Below, piece after piece: positions 27,836 to 40,000 of a stretch of DNA of 64,000 bases. Below the pieces are notes generated by a model, which did not search any database, was not told where the DNA came from, and saw only the letters and a list, made by a program, of their open reading frames with translations. This stretch comes from a virus: the IMG/VR virus record IMGVR_UViG_3300029309_000008, positions 1 to 64,000 of that record; one strand, written 5' to 3'. A program made the translations under genes and the position numbers. Each line of letters opens with the position of its first letter. Position 1 is the stretch's first letter.

Positions 27836-29023
27836 ATGGCAAAACAATACAGCAAAGACGTTGCTATAAAAAAGCAACAAGTAATGAAAAGTAAATGTAA
27901 CATGCCAATTGGCTATGTTTCATTAAGTAATTTATTAGGTTCTTTTCCTAAATATGCAGACAATGCTGCAGCAAAAGAAGCAGGTCTTAGAAACTGTGAT
28001 GTATACATAAATAGCCTTAATCAACTAGCAGTTGTGAGAGATGCTGCTTTATCTGCAAGACTACTAGATAAGATAGGGGCAACTCCAATAGCTGCTTATT
28101 CTACTAGACTTCTTAGAAATGCTTATACAGGACCCCTAATTAGAGTTAGAAAAGTTCCACCATTCCCTGGCATAGGAGGAGAAGAGAAGGATATATTTCC
28201 TGATTTAAACGGAAATCTAAATGAAGAAATTCTTCTTGACTTTTTAGGAACTTCAGATGGAAAGGTAACCAAGTGGTACAATCAGGCAACTACAGGCTCT
28301 ACCCACGACCTTGCCCAAGCATCAGCTCTTTCACAACCACAATTAGCTACAGGAGGTGTTCTTAACAAGACAAACAGTAAACCTACTATTAATTTAGGTA
28401 GTCAATCTAATTTATTAACATCGGGCACACTAGGATTTGTGGGACAAGGCTCCGCTGTAGGGGCTTATCACGCTTTTACTGTGGCTAAGGCTTTTAGTAA
28501 TGGTGCCACTGGAGGGTTGCCTGCAACTTTAGCATCTGGTCCTATAGCAAGGGCTATTACATCCACAGGGATAAGCGGTACTGTTATAGCTGAATTTGCA
28601 AGGATGCAACGGTCAGGTCTTTTTGACGGTACTTATGATATTGCTACAGAGGACACTTTGGGAGCCGCTTCATTTCATCAGACAGGGCTTTCTCCTGTAA
28701 ATATGTCTTTTAGACGAAGCAACTTTTTAGCTAATGCTGGAAATCAAAGCTACCTTGAAGCCAAAGACAATGGAGCCGCTGAATTGACTGTCACTTTGAA
28801 TAATAGTTCAAACTTAGTAGCTGCAATAGGTAACGCACATCAAGCCGATGGTGTCTTAGAAATAGGTGGTCGAGGTTCATCTCCTAACGTTGCTTACACT
28901 AATAGTTTTCTTCTCACAAAAGAAATACAAGAATACATCCATTTTGGAGACAGCAATACATCTATTGATGTAGCTGCATCTATAATTAAGAACGACATTA
29001 ATAATTACTACTCAATATTTTAA
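27836..29023 (+). CDS. fibre protein: N-terminal adaptor module + LamG/arabinofuranosidase-B-like lectin domain
   Basis: AAYSTRLL...YTGPLIRVR...DI...L..FLG..DG.V.KWY.Q...QP; ends INNYYSIF. Confidence 0.7.
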   Translation: MAKQYSKDVAIKKQQVMKSKCNMPIGYVSLSNLLGSFPKYADNAAAKEAGLRNCDVYINSLNQLAVVRDAALSARLLDKIGATPIAAYSTRLLRNAYTGPLIRVRKVPPFPGIGGEEKDIFPDLNGNLNEEILLDFLGTSDGKVTKWYNQATTGSTHDLAQASALSQPQLATGGVLNKTNSKPTINLGSQSNLLTSGTLGFVGQGSAVGAYHAFTVAKAFSNGATGGLPATLASGPIARAITSTGISGTVIAEFARMQRSGLFDGTYDIATEDTLGAASFHQTGLSPVNMSFRRSNFLANAGNQSYLEAKDNGAAELTVTLNNSSNLVAAIGNAHQADGVLEIGGRGSSPNVAYTNSFLLTKEIQEYIHFGDSNTSIDVAASIIKNDINNYYSIF

Positions 29024-29025
29024 TC

Positions 29026-29307
29026 ATGCATTTATATTATCCATTTCCAAATAATGAAGCATCAAAGGATGCTAGTATGAATATCTACGACCTAAACGCT
29101 CCTTCAAGAAGTGAGCGTGTAACGTTATATGCTTTTGATTGGTTTCCAAATGAAAACGATGATACTTGCGTTATTGCTTGGGAAGATGAAGAACAAGTTT
29201 TTAATACTGGCGACATACTAAATGGTATCACTCCTTTAACAGAAGAAGAAGCTATTGAAGCAGGATACCAACTAGGTGATGAGTATAGTGGCGTTAGGAA
29301 CATATAG
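29026..29307 (+). CDS. fibre chaperone-like acidic protein
   Basis: Follows a fibre gene; VTLYAFDW...LTEEEAIEAGY. Confidence 0.55.
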   Translation: MHLYYPFPNNEASKDASMNIYDLNAPSRSERVTLYAFDWFPNENDDTCVIAWEDEEQVFNTGDILNGITPLTEEEAIEAGYQLGDEYSGVRNI

Positions 29308-29318
29308 AATAAGAGAAG

Positions 29319-29912
29319 ATGATAGATTTGTGGATAGCTCTTGTGGGGCTTTTGAGTGTATTTGTAGGGGGGATATTGGGTGTTATAAGTTCAAACTTTG
29401 ATGCCTTTAAATATATGGTTCCTAAAAAGTGGAGACGAGAAACTGATTTTGGCCAAGTGGTATCTACAAAACTACATCTTGACACCTTAGCTAGATTGTT
29501 ACAAAACAGAGCTAATGTTAACAAAGCGGTCCTTATACACGTATCTAACGGAGGAACCATGGTGAAACCAGAGGGACTTCTGTATGGAACAATTATCAAC
29601 CCTACAGAATTTACCCACACATTTAACAAACAAACTCTTGATAACGAGTACATACATATGGTACAAGAAATATATCAAGATGGTAAAACAAAGAGAAGTG
29701 TAAAAGAATTGAATGCTAATGGATTACTAAGACCTTTATTGGTAACGCAGAAAGTTGGTGAAACCCATTGCTTTCACGTTAAAGAAATTCATCACAAAAA
29801 CAATTTTTGTTACATCTTCTTGGCTGTTGACGTTCACATGGGTGCAACGCTAAATGACGAGGATTTTGATGCAATCAGGAACGTCATCAGTCAGATACAA
29901 AACATATTGTAA
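29319..29912 (+). CDS. holin candidate: N-terminal TM + GAF-like soluble domain
   Basis: One N-terminal TM helix, then ..LI...NGG; architecture like the T4 T holin; next to a spanin-like pair. Confidence 0.5.
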   Translation: MIDLWIALVGLLSVFVGGILGVISSNFDAFKYMVPKKWRRETDFGQVVSTKLHLDTLARLLQNRANVNKAVLIHVSNGGTMVKPEGLLYGTIINPTEFTHTFNKQTLDNEYIHMVQEIYQDGKTKRSVKELNANGLLRPLLVTQKVGETHCFHVKEIHHKNNFCYIFLAVDVHMGATLNDEDFDAIRNVISQIQNIL

Positions 29913-30319
29913 TGAATTTTGATATTAAAGATATTTTACTTAAATTAGAGTCCCGTGGGGTAGGTAAAATACTGGACTTTTTACTGAGGACCGCCATCTT
30001 AATAATATTAACTATTATACTGTCTACAAGGAGCTGCAACTCTGATGTCAGTTATCTAGACCAAGAAATTATTAAGAAGAGAGAAAAGGTAGAGGAACAA
30101 CTTGATGCTCTACTAAAATCCACTAAAGATATTGAAAAACTACAAGTTAAATTAGATAGCTTGCAATCAAATATTTATAGTGAGTTAAATCAATTTGAAA
30201 ACCTACTAACTAGAAACATTTATGAAACCGATTCTACTCTCATTATTATTAGTAATACTAACATTGACAGCCTTCTCTCAAACATCCCCGAATACCGTGG
30301 AGGAGATGGAGGTCTTTAG
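29912..30319 (+). CDS. spanin-like membrane protein (TM + coiled coil)
   Basis: TM helix followed by a long heptad region; overlaps the next gene. Confidence 0.55.
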   Translation: MNFDIKDILLKLESRGVGKILDFLLRTAILIILTIILSTRSCNSDVSYLDQEIIKKREKVEEQLDALLKSTKDIEKLQVKLDSLQSNIYSELNQFENLLTRNIYETDSTLIIISNTNIDSLLSNIPEYRGGDGGL

Positions 30320-30689
30320 GTTTGAAGCAGATGACACTACATATGTAATGTTTTATGCTGATGACTATAAAAAGTTATTAGAAATAGGTAGAGAAAATGT
30401 TTTACTAAACAATATAAAAGACTCTCTCACAATAAGTTACAATTCATTGGTGGGAAGCATTGATGTGTTTGTGATGGAGTATGAGGCTGTTGTAAGTTAT
30501 ATAGACACTATGAAAATAGTAGCTAACGACCTACAAAAAAGTTTTAAAAAGTATACGGATGTTACCGAGACCAAATTAGAAAAGGCAGTGAGAAAATGGT
30601 ACAGGTGGAGGTCGGTAGCATTAACATCAATAGGATTTAACTTTTTACAAGTTGGAGCCTTGATAACGACTATTAAAGTATTAAAATGA
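30222..30689 (+). CDS. spanin-like protein (signal peptide + coiled coil + C-terminal TM)
   Basis: MKPILLSLLLVILTLTAFSQ signal peptide; hydrophobic C-terminus; 98-nt overlap with the upstream gene. Confidence 0.55.
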   Translation: MKPILLSLLLVILTLTAFSQTSPNTVEEMEVFRFEADDTTYVMFYADDYKKLLEIGRENVLLNNIKDSLTISYNSLVGSIDVFVMEYEAVVSYIDTMKIVANDLQKSFKKYTDVTETKLEKAVRKWYRWRSVALTSIGFNFLQVGALITTIKVLK

Positions 30690-31261
30690 CAAACGGACTA
30701 GACCCAGTATTAAATTTTGAAGTTACTCCTTCTTGGGATAGTAGGGTTCTTGTAATTACTGATATTTCCGATTGGAAGCACCTCATAGATGAGCCTTCTT
30801 ATATAGAGATAACACTACCTGGTTCTAAGACCCCCGTAAGACATAGTTATTCTAAAAACAAGGTAATGGTGTTTAATGCTAGTACTTTGAACTTTGGTTG
30901 TAACAGTGGTTGCGAAGACGAACTGCCCACGTTACCTGATGGTATTTACAAGATAAAAATCTATGTTTGTGAGGGCACCCAATTTTCTTATGAAAAACAT
31001 GTTCTTAGGACTGTTAATCTAGAAATAAGACTTCAAAGAGAGATAATGGCACTTGATATTGAATGTATGCCAAATTCAGGATGCTTAAATAAAATTATAG
31101 AAGCTGAGTTTATGATTAAGGGAGCAAAGGCAGATATTTTCTTCGGAAATATCACTTCTGCTCAACGAAAGTATCATCTAGCTGTTGACATAGTAGAACA
31201 CGTTGAACATTGTGACTGCTCAAAAAATTGTGGAAATGGACACACTACAACGACTTACTAA
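30686..31261 (+). CDS. tail hub-like protein
   Basis: I.D.S.W...I.IT.PG...LPDGIY.I motif; crAss synteny. Confidence 0.6.
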   Translation: MTNGLDPVLNFEVTPSWDSRVLVITDISDWKHLIDEPSYIEITLPGSKTPVRHSYSKNKVMVFNASTLNFGCNSGCEDELPTLPDGIYKIKIYVCEGTQFSYEKHVLRTVNLEIRLQREIMALDIECMPNSGCLNKIIEAEFMIKGAKADIFFGNITSAQRKYHLAVDIVEHVEHCDCSKNCGNGHTTTTY

Positions 31262-31487
31262 TACGGAACAGTCCATATACGAGAAGATACAGAGATATTA
31301 TCAGAAAAAATCTGATGGTCTTCTTCACAATTATATGTTTGACAAGGAGTTTCATTTTGATATACCTAATTGTACTATAGTTAAAACCTTTGAAAACATA
31401 ATATGCCAAGACCTAGATTGTGATTATGGTATAGACAGCTGTATGTTAGAAAAAATGAATATATACTTAGAAAAAAATAAAAAATGA
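31236..31487 (+). CDS. small hub-associated protein
   Basis: ATG 31236 overlaps the upstream stop region. Confidence 0.55.
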   Translation: MDTLQRLTNTEQSIYEKIQRYYQKKSDGLLHNYMFDKEFHFDIPNCTIVKTFENIICQDLDCDYGIDSCMLEKMNIYLEKNKK

Positions 31488-31984
31488 GTTGCAGTAATTA
31501 CAAATTCAAAGACACTTGTGGAGAATCTATATTTGCACCATGTGTTTATGTAGAGCAAACCTTTCCCGACATCTCTTCGTTATCAAGTGAAAGTTGTACG
31601 GACCTAGACAAAGTTATTGCTGATTTGTACACACTCGTAAATAAGAGTTACGTAGACATGCATACGTATGCAAAAGGTTGTTTAGACTACTCCCCCACAA
31701 CAGATGCTGACATTAAACCTGTTCAAGTTCTCAATAAGTTAACAGAGGAGGTTTGTAAACTTCAGCCTCTAATGGGACTAATAGACACCACAGTAAACCC
31801 TAATGTTTTAAAGAAGATACCAGAGTTTGATATTAATAAACTTAATCTCTGTTGTCTTGTTCCAGACCCTTGCGGAGCTACTCCTGCTACTTTAGAGCAG
31901 CTATTACAAATTATTATTAATAAGGTTTGTTTGTGTTGTGATAGTATTACTTGTGCATCTAACCCAACATTATTCCCATCTTAA
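31484..31984 (+). CDS. Cys-rich fibre-base protein
   Basis: CV.V...DL..VI..L; CL..; L...L..II..VC repeats. Confidence 0.65.
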   Translation: MSCSNYKFKDTCGESIFAPCVYVEQTFPDISSLSSESCTDLDKVIADLYTLVNKSYVDMHTYAKGCLDYSPTTDADIKPVQVLNKLTEEVCKLQPLMGLIDTTVNPNVLKKIPEFDINKLNLCCLVPDPCGATPATLEQLLQIIINKVCLCCDSITCASNPTLFPS

Positions 31985-31994
31985 AATTTAAATA

Positions 31995-32750
31995 ATGGCT
32001 TGTAAAAATTGTAAAGACGTAGTAGTAGAAAGTTGTGATACCTGTTATTGCAGCGACACGGTTTGTACACCCTGTAAAATAAAATTAGCTGATAGATGTA
32101 TAACTATTACATCGAACCTACCTGGTATTGCACCAAACCTGGAATGTAAGGACTTAAATACTGTGTTGTTAGCTATAAACAACAAATTAAGCAGTAGTCT
32201 AACCATTGCATCCAATCAGTTTTTTGCAACTGATGGTACTGCTAACTTTCCAGGTCCAGGCGATAATTATAGATGGGCTGGAGAGATAGTTACAGGTGTA
32301 AACTTATGGGACCAGAATAATTATACAGAGGGACTTGATGCTCCAAAAACAGGGTTTACTACTGTATCAGACCAAAGAATGGCAGGTATACCTGTACCTT
32401 TTGATATTGCTGCAGGGGAGAAGATAGTTCTTACAGGTACATTCAGTAATTTACACTCCGTACAAGTAAATGGCAAGGTAGAGGTAGGAGTTACGCCATG
32501 TGCAGGTAGCGACACATCTTTACCTCGCACAATAGCTCCGCTTGTAGAAGCATCTACACCTGCTAACAATGACATAGTGATGGAAAACTTCTATGGGGAG
32601 ACCATGTACTCAACATGTTTTAGAAAGGAATTTAATGCCCCTGAAGGAGGCATTACTAAAGGTTCAGACCTGCTTGTAGTGGGGTGGCAATTAAGTAGAA
32701 CATTAACTGCTAGTGATAAGTTAGTAGTTGCATGGACGTTATCTGTTTAA
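31995..32750 (+). CDS. Cys-rich fibre protein
   Basis: MACKNC...CI...L..VL..IN.KL N-terminus; beta-rich C-terminus. Confidence 0.65.
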   Translation: MACKNCKDVVVESCDTCYCSDTVCTPCKIKLADRCITITSNLPGIAPNLECKDLNTVLLAINNKLSSSLTIASNQFFATDGTANFPGPGDNYRWAGEIVTGVNLWDQNNYTEGLDAPKTGFTTVSDQRMAGIPVPFDIAAGEKIVLTGTFSNLHSVQVNGKVEVGVTPCAGSDTSLPRTIAPLVEASTPANNDIVMENFYGETMYSTCFRKEFNAPEGGITKGSDLLVVGWQLSRTLTASDKLVVAWTLSV

Positions 32751-32765
32751 AATAAATAAAAACCA

Positions 32766-32918
32766 ATGGAAAAATTTATTATAGATGGAGGATTATTAAA
32801 TGATGTAAAAATGGTTATTCTGAATGGTAAGCAAGAAGTGGCAACAGCTCAACAAATTATCAGTATTATGAATAGGCTACAGAATTTAACTCCACAAGAA
32901 ACACCAGAAAAAGAATAA
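32766..32918 (+). CDS. small protein, 50 aa ([14 protein letters not shown]...), not in ORF track
   Basis: Hand-translated; fills the gap; A-rich leader. Confidence 0.6.
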   Translation: MEKFIIDGGLLNDVKMVILNGKQEVATAQQIISIMNRLQNLTPQETPEKE

Positions 32919-32919
32919 A

Positions 32920-33993
<1,074 letters not shown>

Positions 33994-33995
33994 TA

Positions 33996-34829
33996 ATGGG
34001 AAGTTTTAGATATCAAAAACAATTTGAAATATTAGCCGCTGGGGGCACAAATACGGTCTTAACTACAGACCCACATAGTAGTTATGTTATAAAGTCTACT
34101 GGCCACGTATCACTAGGAGCTAATAATTGGAGTGTCACTTACACAGGAACAGTCGCAGGGCAAACTATCATTACAAACTATATTGCTAACGTAGACTCCT
34201 CGGGAACAGGAACAGTTACTATTAACGGCACAGTGATTCCAGAGTATTTGACTTGTATACAAAATGGGACAGGAGCAGGACAAACAGCTTCTGATTTATA
34301 TGTAGTTTCTGTATATGATGGGGCTGCTTGGACTAATACTATTTTAATAGATAGGACTAATGACCCTTTCGTCACTCCTTTCCTTACAATTGCCCCAGTA
34401 TTATACACACCAGGAGTAAGTGATATAGTAGGACCATTGAGGTCAGGAAGGTTCTCTATAACTTCACCAGCTACTGGCATTTCGGATGCTACTTATATTT
34501 GGCAAAGAATAGGTAACGTAGTTACAGGAAACCTACAACTATCTATCAGCGATAGAACGGCACTACCAATTGTAGCTGATAATCTTGATTTCACAATAGA
34601 TGTCCCTGTTAGGCCTTCTTCTGCAGGTATTTCAAATTTACATGGAACGGGTACTGCACAATTATTTGCTTCAGCTAATCCAAATAAATTTTATCCAGTG
34701 TTTGTTCAAAATGATACAGGAGTACCAACTACTAAAATTAGAGTACTAGCTGAGAATTTAAGTACAGCAAGTGTGACAGGAGGTACAGGCCTAGGTTCTA
34801 TTTCTATAGAATTTAGCTATTACATATAA
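33996..34829 (+). CDS. fibre/tip protein
   Basis: T/G/S-rich; WQRIGNVVT motif of phage fibre C-termini. Confidence 0.6.
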   Translation: MGSFRYQKQFEILAAGGTNTVLTTDPHSSYVIKSTGHVSLGANNWSVTYTGTVAGQTIITNYIANVDSSGTGTVTINGTVIPEYLTCIQNGTGAGQTASDLYVVSVYDGAAWTNTILIDRTNDPFVTPFLTIAPVLYTPGVSDIVGPLRSGRFSITSPATGISDATYIWQRIGNVVTGNLQLSISDRTALPIVADNLDFTIDVPVRPSSAGISNLHGTGTAQLFASANPNKFYPVFVQNDTGVPTTKIRVLAENLSTASVTGGTGLGSISIEFSYYI

Positions 34830-34865
34830 AATTAAAAGGGTGGTTTTGGTTGGTTTTCCACCTGC

Positions 34866-34894
34866 TGGGGGGTTCTTTTAGAGCCCCCTTTGTT
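34866..34894 (+). terminator. rho-independent terminator
   Basis: GGGGGTTCT-ttt-AGAGCCCCC followed by TTTGTT. Confidence 0.7.
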
Positions 34895-34896
34895 AT

Positions 34897-34937
34897 TGTA
34901 ATAAATTTGTATATTTAATTAATTTTCACTAATTTAG
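34897..34937 (+). promoter_or_regulatory. putative late promoter with TGTAA box
   Basis: TGTAA-TAAA-TTTGT ... TAATTTAG in the 24-nt register. Confidence 0.55.
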
Positions 34938-34941
34938 AAGA

Positions 34942-35640
34942 ATGACTGTTGGACAATTTATCTCGGATGTAAAAAACTCTGTTCAAGCTATCAGACAAGA
35001 TGATAGAATAAGTAATAAGTATATCCATTCGTTAGCAAGGGATTATACTAGTTTTATATTGTCACAAAGACAATTGAGAGATGTATTTAGAGATAGCACT
35101 ATCTTTACAGAGGTAACTTGTGTTGAAATGAAACAAATTCGTGCTGATAAGTGTGATATTGCAGAGTTTAGAAAGTGCGATAAAGTCATGAAATCTGAGT
35201 GCAAGCTTCCAAATATTTTCAATTCTTCTATCGGGCCTATCATTATTGCAGTTTCAAATATTACAGGAGAAACTCAATATCAGCAGCTAAGAACAGCAGC
35301 AGACTACAAAAGTCAGCAGAAAAGAAAGTTCCAAACTGCCGTTAATTATTTTTATTTAGCTAACGGTTTTTTGTATGTTGTAGGGAGTACGCCCGAAAGG
35401 ATATCAATAACTGCTCTATTTGAAGACCAACTTGAAGCAGAACAGTTTTCCGCTTGCTCTGGTGTTGATAGCTGTGAGTCTGCTCTTGATTATAAAATTA
35501 TTATACCTAACAAGTATATCTCTACAGTAAAAGACCAAGTGGTACAACATTTAATTAAAACAAGAAAAAATATACCAGCCGATGAAAATCCCGATTTAGA
35601 TAGTAACCAGAAAACTGGATTAGTAGCTAAACGTAAGTAA
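34942..35640 (+). CDS. tail ring protein
   Basis: DD.IS..YI...YFY..NG.LY...ALFED pattern; crAss synteny. Confidence 0.6.
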   Translation: MTVGQFISDVKNSVQAIRQDDRISNKYIHSLARDYTSFILSQRQLRDVFRDSTIFTEVTCVEMKQIRADKCDIAEFRKCDKVMKSECKLPNIFNSSIGPIIIAVSNITGETQYQQLRTAADYKSQQKRKFQTAVNYFYLANGFLYVVGSTPERISITALFEDQLEAEQFSACSGVDSCESALDYKIIIPNKYISTVKDQVVQHLIKTRKNIPADENPDLDSNQKTGLVAKRK

Positions 35641-36134
35641 TGTTTAAACGAGGTGATAGAAAACCATCTTCGTGGGGAGTTCCTGTAAATGTGATGGGTA
35701 AAAACTTTGAACGAAAAGTTAAAAGAAAATATCCCAACTTAAAAGACAGGTATACTCCGACTGAGTGGGCTAACATAAAAAAAGAGTTCTGGGGAACTGC
35801 AGCTGATGTTTTGATAAATCAGCCTAACGGAATAGTTTTAGATGGGATAGGATACTTTTGTTTCCCAGCCTACATAAAAAAAAGTAAATTCCCCTACACA
35901 AACAGAACCAATTTTAAGAACAAAGGACTATTGTATTACAGTCAGTTTTTTGGTCATGTATTTAATAATTTTTTCTTGAGAGGACTAAGTTTTGAATTTA
36001 TAAGACCACAAAAGAATAAATGGAAAGACAAAGTAAACGAAGGATACGAATATAAGTGTCACTACAAGAATATAGATAACATCATAGGCAATGGAAAAAA
36101 GCACTTACATCCCACTAGAAGAATTTATCGCTGA
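35640..36134 (+). CDS. IHF/HU-like basic protein of the crAss tail module
   Basis: NGIVLDGIGYF; basic; position between ring genes. Confidence 0.5.
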   Translation: MFKRGDRKPSSWGVPVNVMGKNFERKVKRKYPNLKDRYTPTEWANIKKEFWGTAADVLINQPNGIVLDGIGYFCFPAYIKKSKFPYTNRTNFKNKGLLYYSQFFGHVFNNFFLRGLSFEFIRPQKNKWKDKVNEGYEYKCHYKNIDNIIGNGKKHLHPTRRIYR

Positions 36135-37047
36135 TTTAACTTCTAGTAATTATTTTAAAGACAACCCTCAATTAGTAGATGAGGCATCTATCGCTAGGTG
36201 GGTGTTTTTGAAATTAAAAAACTTTGGGAGAAACGTTATGGATAAGTATGAGAGAGTTATCCACGTTGATAACTATAGAGCAGAACTTCCAGAAAATTTT
36301 GCATCCCTTTTCTTAGCTGTATTTTGTGAACCACATTTAATTAGTATGCCAGAGGATACTGAACCACTTAGAGTTCAGTCTAGACTGTACGCAGAAAAAA
36401 TCAGCTGCCCTGAAGAAAGCATTTGTACTGACTGCCTACCAACTTGTAAAGAGGGAAGTTGTGTAGACAGAGTAGTAGAGAATTTATATTTAGACCCCAC
36501 TACAAACGTAAACGTCCTTTACAGGAATCCTGTTTATGTAAAAATAGGTAGTGACTTGATTAGAAGCCAATGTGAGGCTAACTGTATAAATCGTCATGTA
36601 AAAGACAGCCCATATTCGATGAATATAAAAGGAAAGACAGTATACGCTAACTTCAAGAAAGGGGCTATCTACCTTCAATACTATGGATTACCGATGGATG
36701 ACAATTGTCTTCCTGTTATTCCTATAACACCTAACGGATACTTAGAAGAATACCTAGAGTATTACGTCAAAAGAAAAATATTGGAAGATGCAATGCTATC
36801 TGACGATACCACTAATAAACAATACATATATAGTTCATACATACAACAAGAAACTGATTTACACGCTAAGGCTAAAGCTGATACTTCTAAAATTGATATG
36901 GTTGCTTTGTTTAAAGCTATGGGCAACAACAGGTTTAGAATGCATAAATACGATGTTTATCTAGGTGCGTTGAAAACTAATTATGTTGATTCGGGACCAG
37001 CCGTAGGATTCGGTACGTTCCAGAACCCTAATCCATTTCGATTCTAA
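36091..37047 (+). CDS. tail ring protein (P22 gp4-like position)
   Basis: V.NYRAELP.NF; NFKKG.IYL.YYG.P.D....P.IP. Confidence 0.65.
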   Translation: MEKSTYIPLEEFIADLTSSNYFKDNPQLVDEASIARWVFLKLKNFGRNVMDKYERVIHVDNYRAELPENFASLFLAVFCEPHLISMPEDTEPLRVQSRLYAEKISCPEESICTDCLPTCKEGSCVDRVVENLYLDPTTNVNVLYRNPVYVKIGSDLIRSQCEANCINRHVKDSPYSMNIKGKTVYANFKKGAIYLQYYGLPMDDNCLPVIPITPNGYLEEYLEYYVKRKILEDAMLSDDTTNKQYIYSSYIQQETDLHAKAKADTSKIDMVALFKAMGNNRFRMHKYDVYLGALKTNYVDSGPAVGFGTFQNPNPFRF

Positions 37048-40000
37048 TGGCTAAGAGTAACAAAAGAATAGACAGACAGATAGGTGCACCCAAGCAGGGT
37101 ATGAATAAGGATGTGCATCCCGCATCCTTAGACGAAAAAACCTACACACATGCCCTCAATGCAAACTATGAGGGACAGGATGGAGATATTGTTAACCTTC
37201 AAAATGAAGAAAGCAACATACTTTGTTCAAAGTTTAAACCAGGCTTTAAAGTAGTAGGACACCAAATTGACATCACAGGGGAAAGAACATATTTCTTTTT
37301 AGTTGATGATTCTACAACTCCCCCTCGCTCTGAGATAGGATTTATAGAGGACCTGGGTAAGCAAATTAATTTTACTGACACAGTAATTAAATGTGGGTGT
37401 AGTATAGAGGCTGTTCTATCTGATGGTTTAGAAAATCAAGTTCAAAGTGAGACCTGTACTTATACTACCTTAATAGCTGATTACGAATGTCCTAATGGCT
37501 TGACTCCTAATCACTGTCTAAATTTTAACATAAACTATCCAATATCGTCAGTACTAAAAGACGACAAGTTGGGGAAGATACTGTATTTTACAGATGACCT
37601 TAACCCCAGAAGAAGAATAGAACTAGATAACATTTCTCAGTACTACAAAACTCCTGTTGTTTGTGCCGATGATGCGGATGCTTGCATCAATTGTGGGCTA
37701 ATGGATATGCTTCCAGAGACACCACCACTTTGCATCGATGTAGAAGGCACAGTAATAGGTGGGGATGTTGACCATGGGGTGTATGCTTTTTTTGCAGGGT
37801 ATTGTGATGGAGAGGGTAATATGGTTAGAGACTACTCCGCTTCTACAAATACCTTTTCAGTTAAAGACCCTAATAAGGATATTTATACTCAGCCTGAATT
37901 AGATATTCCTACAAACTTCTCTATAAAACTTAATATAAATAATCTAGATACACAATTTGAATTTTACCAAGTAGCTGTAGTGGCTATTAAGGAGGTCAAT
38001 GGTGCAAAGTCTTATTATAGTTTAGGAGTTTTTCCAACATCGAATCAAGAAGTTTTATTCTCTGGATTAGAAACTTTACCACAGGAAAATAGGTTAGGCC
38101 TTTTTGAAATTACCCAAACTGTGCCAGAATACATCAAAGCTAAGTTTGTAACAAACACAAACAACACCCTTTACTTTGGGGACCTGGAGGGCAGGCCAGA
38201 CCCTAACCTTCAGCCAGTTGTAAACTTTATGGGACAGTTTGCCAAGTGGCGAACTTTTATGGCAGAAGAAGACCTTTACAGTACTTCTTATGGTACAGGT
38301 AATTTTAAAGGATATATGCGAGACGAAGTTGTTCCTTTTGGAATTAGGTTCGTAACTAAAAAAGGCTACAAGACTCCAATCTATCCTTTGATAGCAAGAG
38401 TAGCAGATGCAACTAGCGATTTATACTTTGATGATATATCTTCTGGAAGTATACCTTCTCACCAAGCTGACCCAACGGCTTGTATCGCAGCTATAAAAAG
38501 TTCTATCAACTTACCTACAGCAGCTAGCACACGTAAGTGGATAAAAGACGTTTACTCAACATTAAGGTATGGTAATGAAAACTGTAATGATGAAGAGAGA
38601 GTGTACAAGTGGCAGTACTACAACACCGCAGTAGAACAGAGAAGAGATATCGATGATTGTGCAACGGTAAGTTCTACAACAGTTAAAAGAGATATAGAAA
38701 AGGTTTGTTCTCAAGAAGAAAACACTATACTAGGTACTTCTGTAGGTATACCTAATGATAACACCACGGCATTAAGACTTGATTTCACAGAGGACGGAAC
38801 TGTACCTGAGTTTGAAACTCCTCCTTGTGACCCCACGACTGACCCCACTTGCCCGTGTCCAGTAGGTATTGAGGTAGAAGGATTTTTTACAGGGTTTGCT
38901 GATTATGTTCAAAATAATCAATCCGTCTTTGAAGACATTGCAAATGATTCTACTGGTCTATATGGTGCAACTCAAAAACTACTAGCAAGTTACTTTATTT
39001 TAGATAATTATAAAGAAGGAGGCATACATGCACTCGACTGTTGTGATGTAGGGTTTGATAGTAGCGTTTGTGGCACGCCTACTAAAATATCTGAATTCAT
39101 AGAAGTTTTAGGATTAGAGACAAGGGCTCCCTGTGCTAAGATAGTTTATGAAGAGTGCTCATATTATGATAGGCCTCCTGAATCAGATATCTGTTTTAAC
39201 TATGCAATAGACCCTACCAATGGTGATAACAAAAACATAAATATTCAATGTGCTTATGATGTAAAGGGGGACAATACCCAACGTTGCGAGAATGATTGTG
39301 GAGATGGTGCTAAAAATTATTTATTTACTTATGAATTTTTTGTAGGTGTAAGAAAAAAGAAAGATAAATATAATTTAGTATTTGATAGAACAACTCCCGT
39401 TTCTGGAGGAAGCAGTTGTAACAATTCCTCTAGTCTTCCATTAAGCTTTAATGAGTATGATTCTGCATTTACCACACACATTACTCCTGATTTTCCTGAT
39501 ATTGAAATAGTTGAAAATGACGGGACCACTTCAGACGAAGATGCCAGGTACATTAGTAAACATATAAATAGCCAAGAAGCACAAGTCAAACAGTTAATGG
39601 ACAAAGACTTTATAGCTGGTTATGGTTATGGGGAGGTAGACCCTAGACAAAATACTAATCCAGGAAGCAGAAGAAAGAAAAAATTCTGTGCAAAGGCAAA
39701 AAATGACATTTATTTAGGGCTTCCTGAGAATGCAGGGCCATTTGATAATTCAGATAACGTATCAGGACCTGGTATTTTCTTTAATGGGGGGAGTGCAGGT
39801 TTTCCATTAGTAGATGGAGTAGATTATGGCAGAGTTCACAATAATGCTGTATGGTATAAATTAGCTGTGGGTTCGAATAATAAAATTTATTTTGCTGTTT
39901 CTAGACAAAATGATTTTCCCTCTGACAACGATAAGAAAGACTGTTTATGGTATCCTGAAATAGCAAGAGTCAGTTTCTTTGTAAACTGTGATGGAGACAT

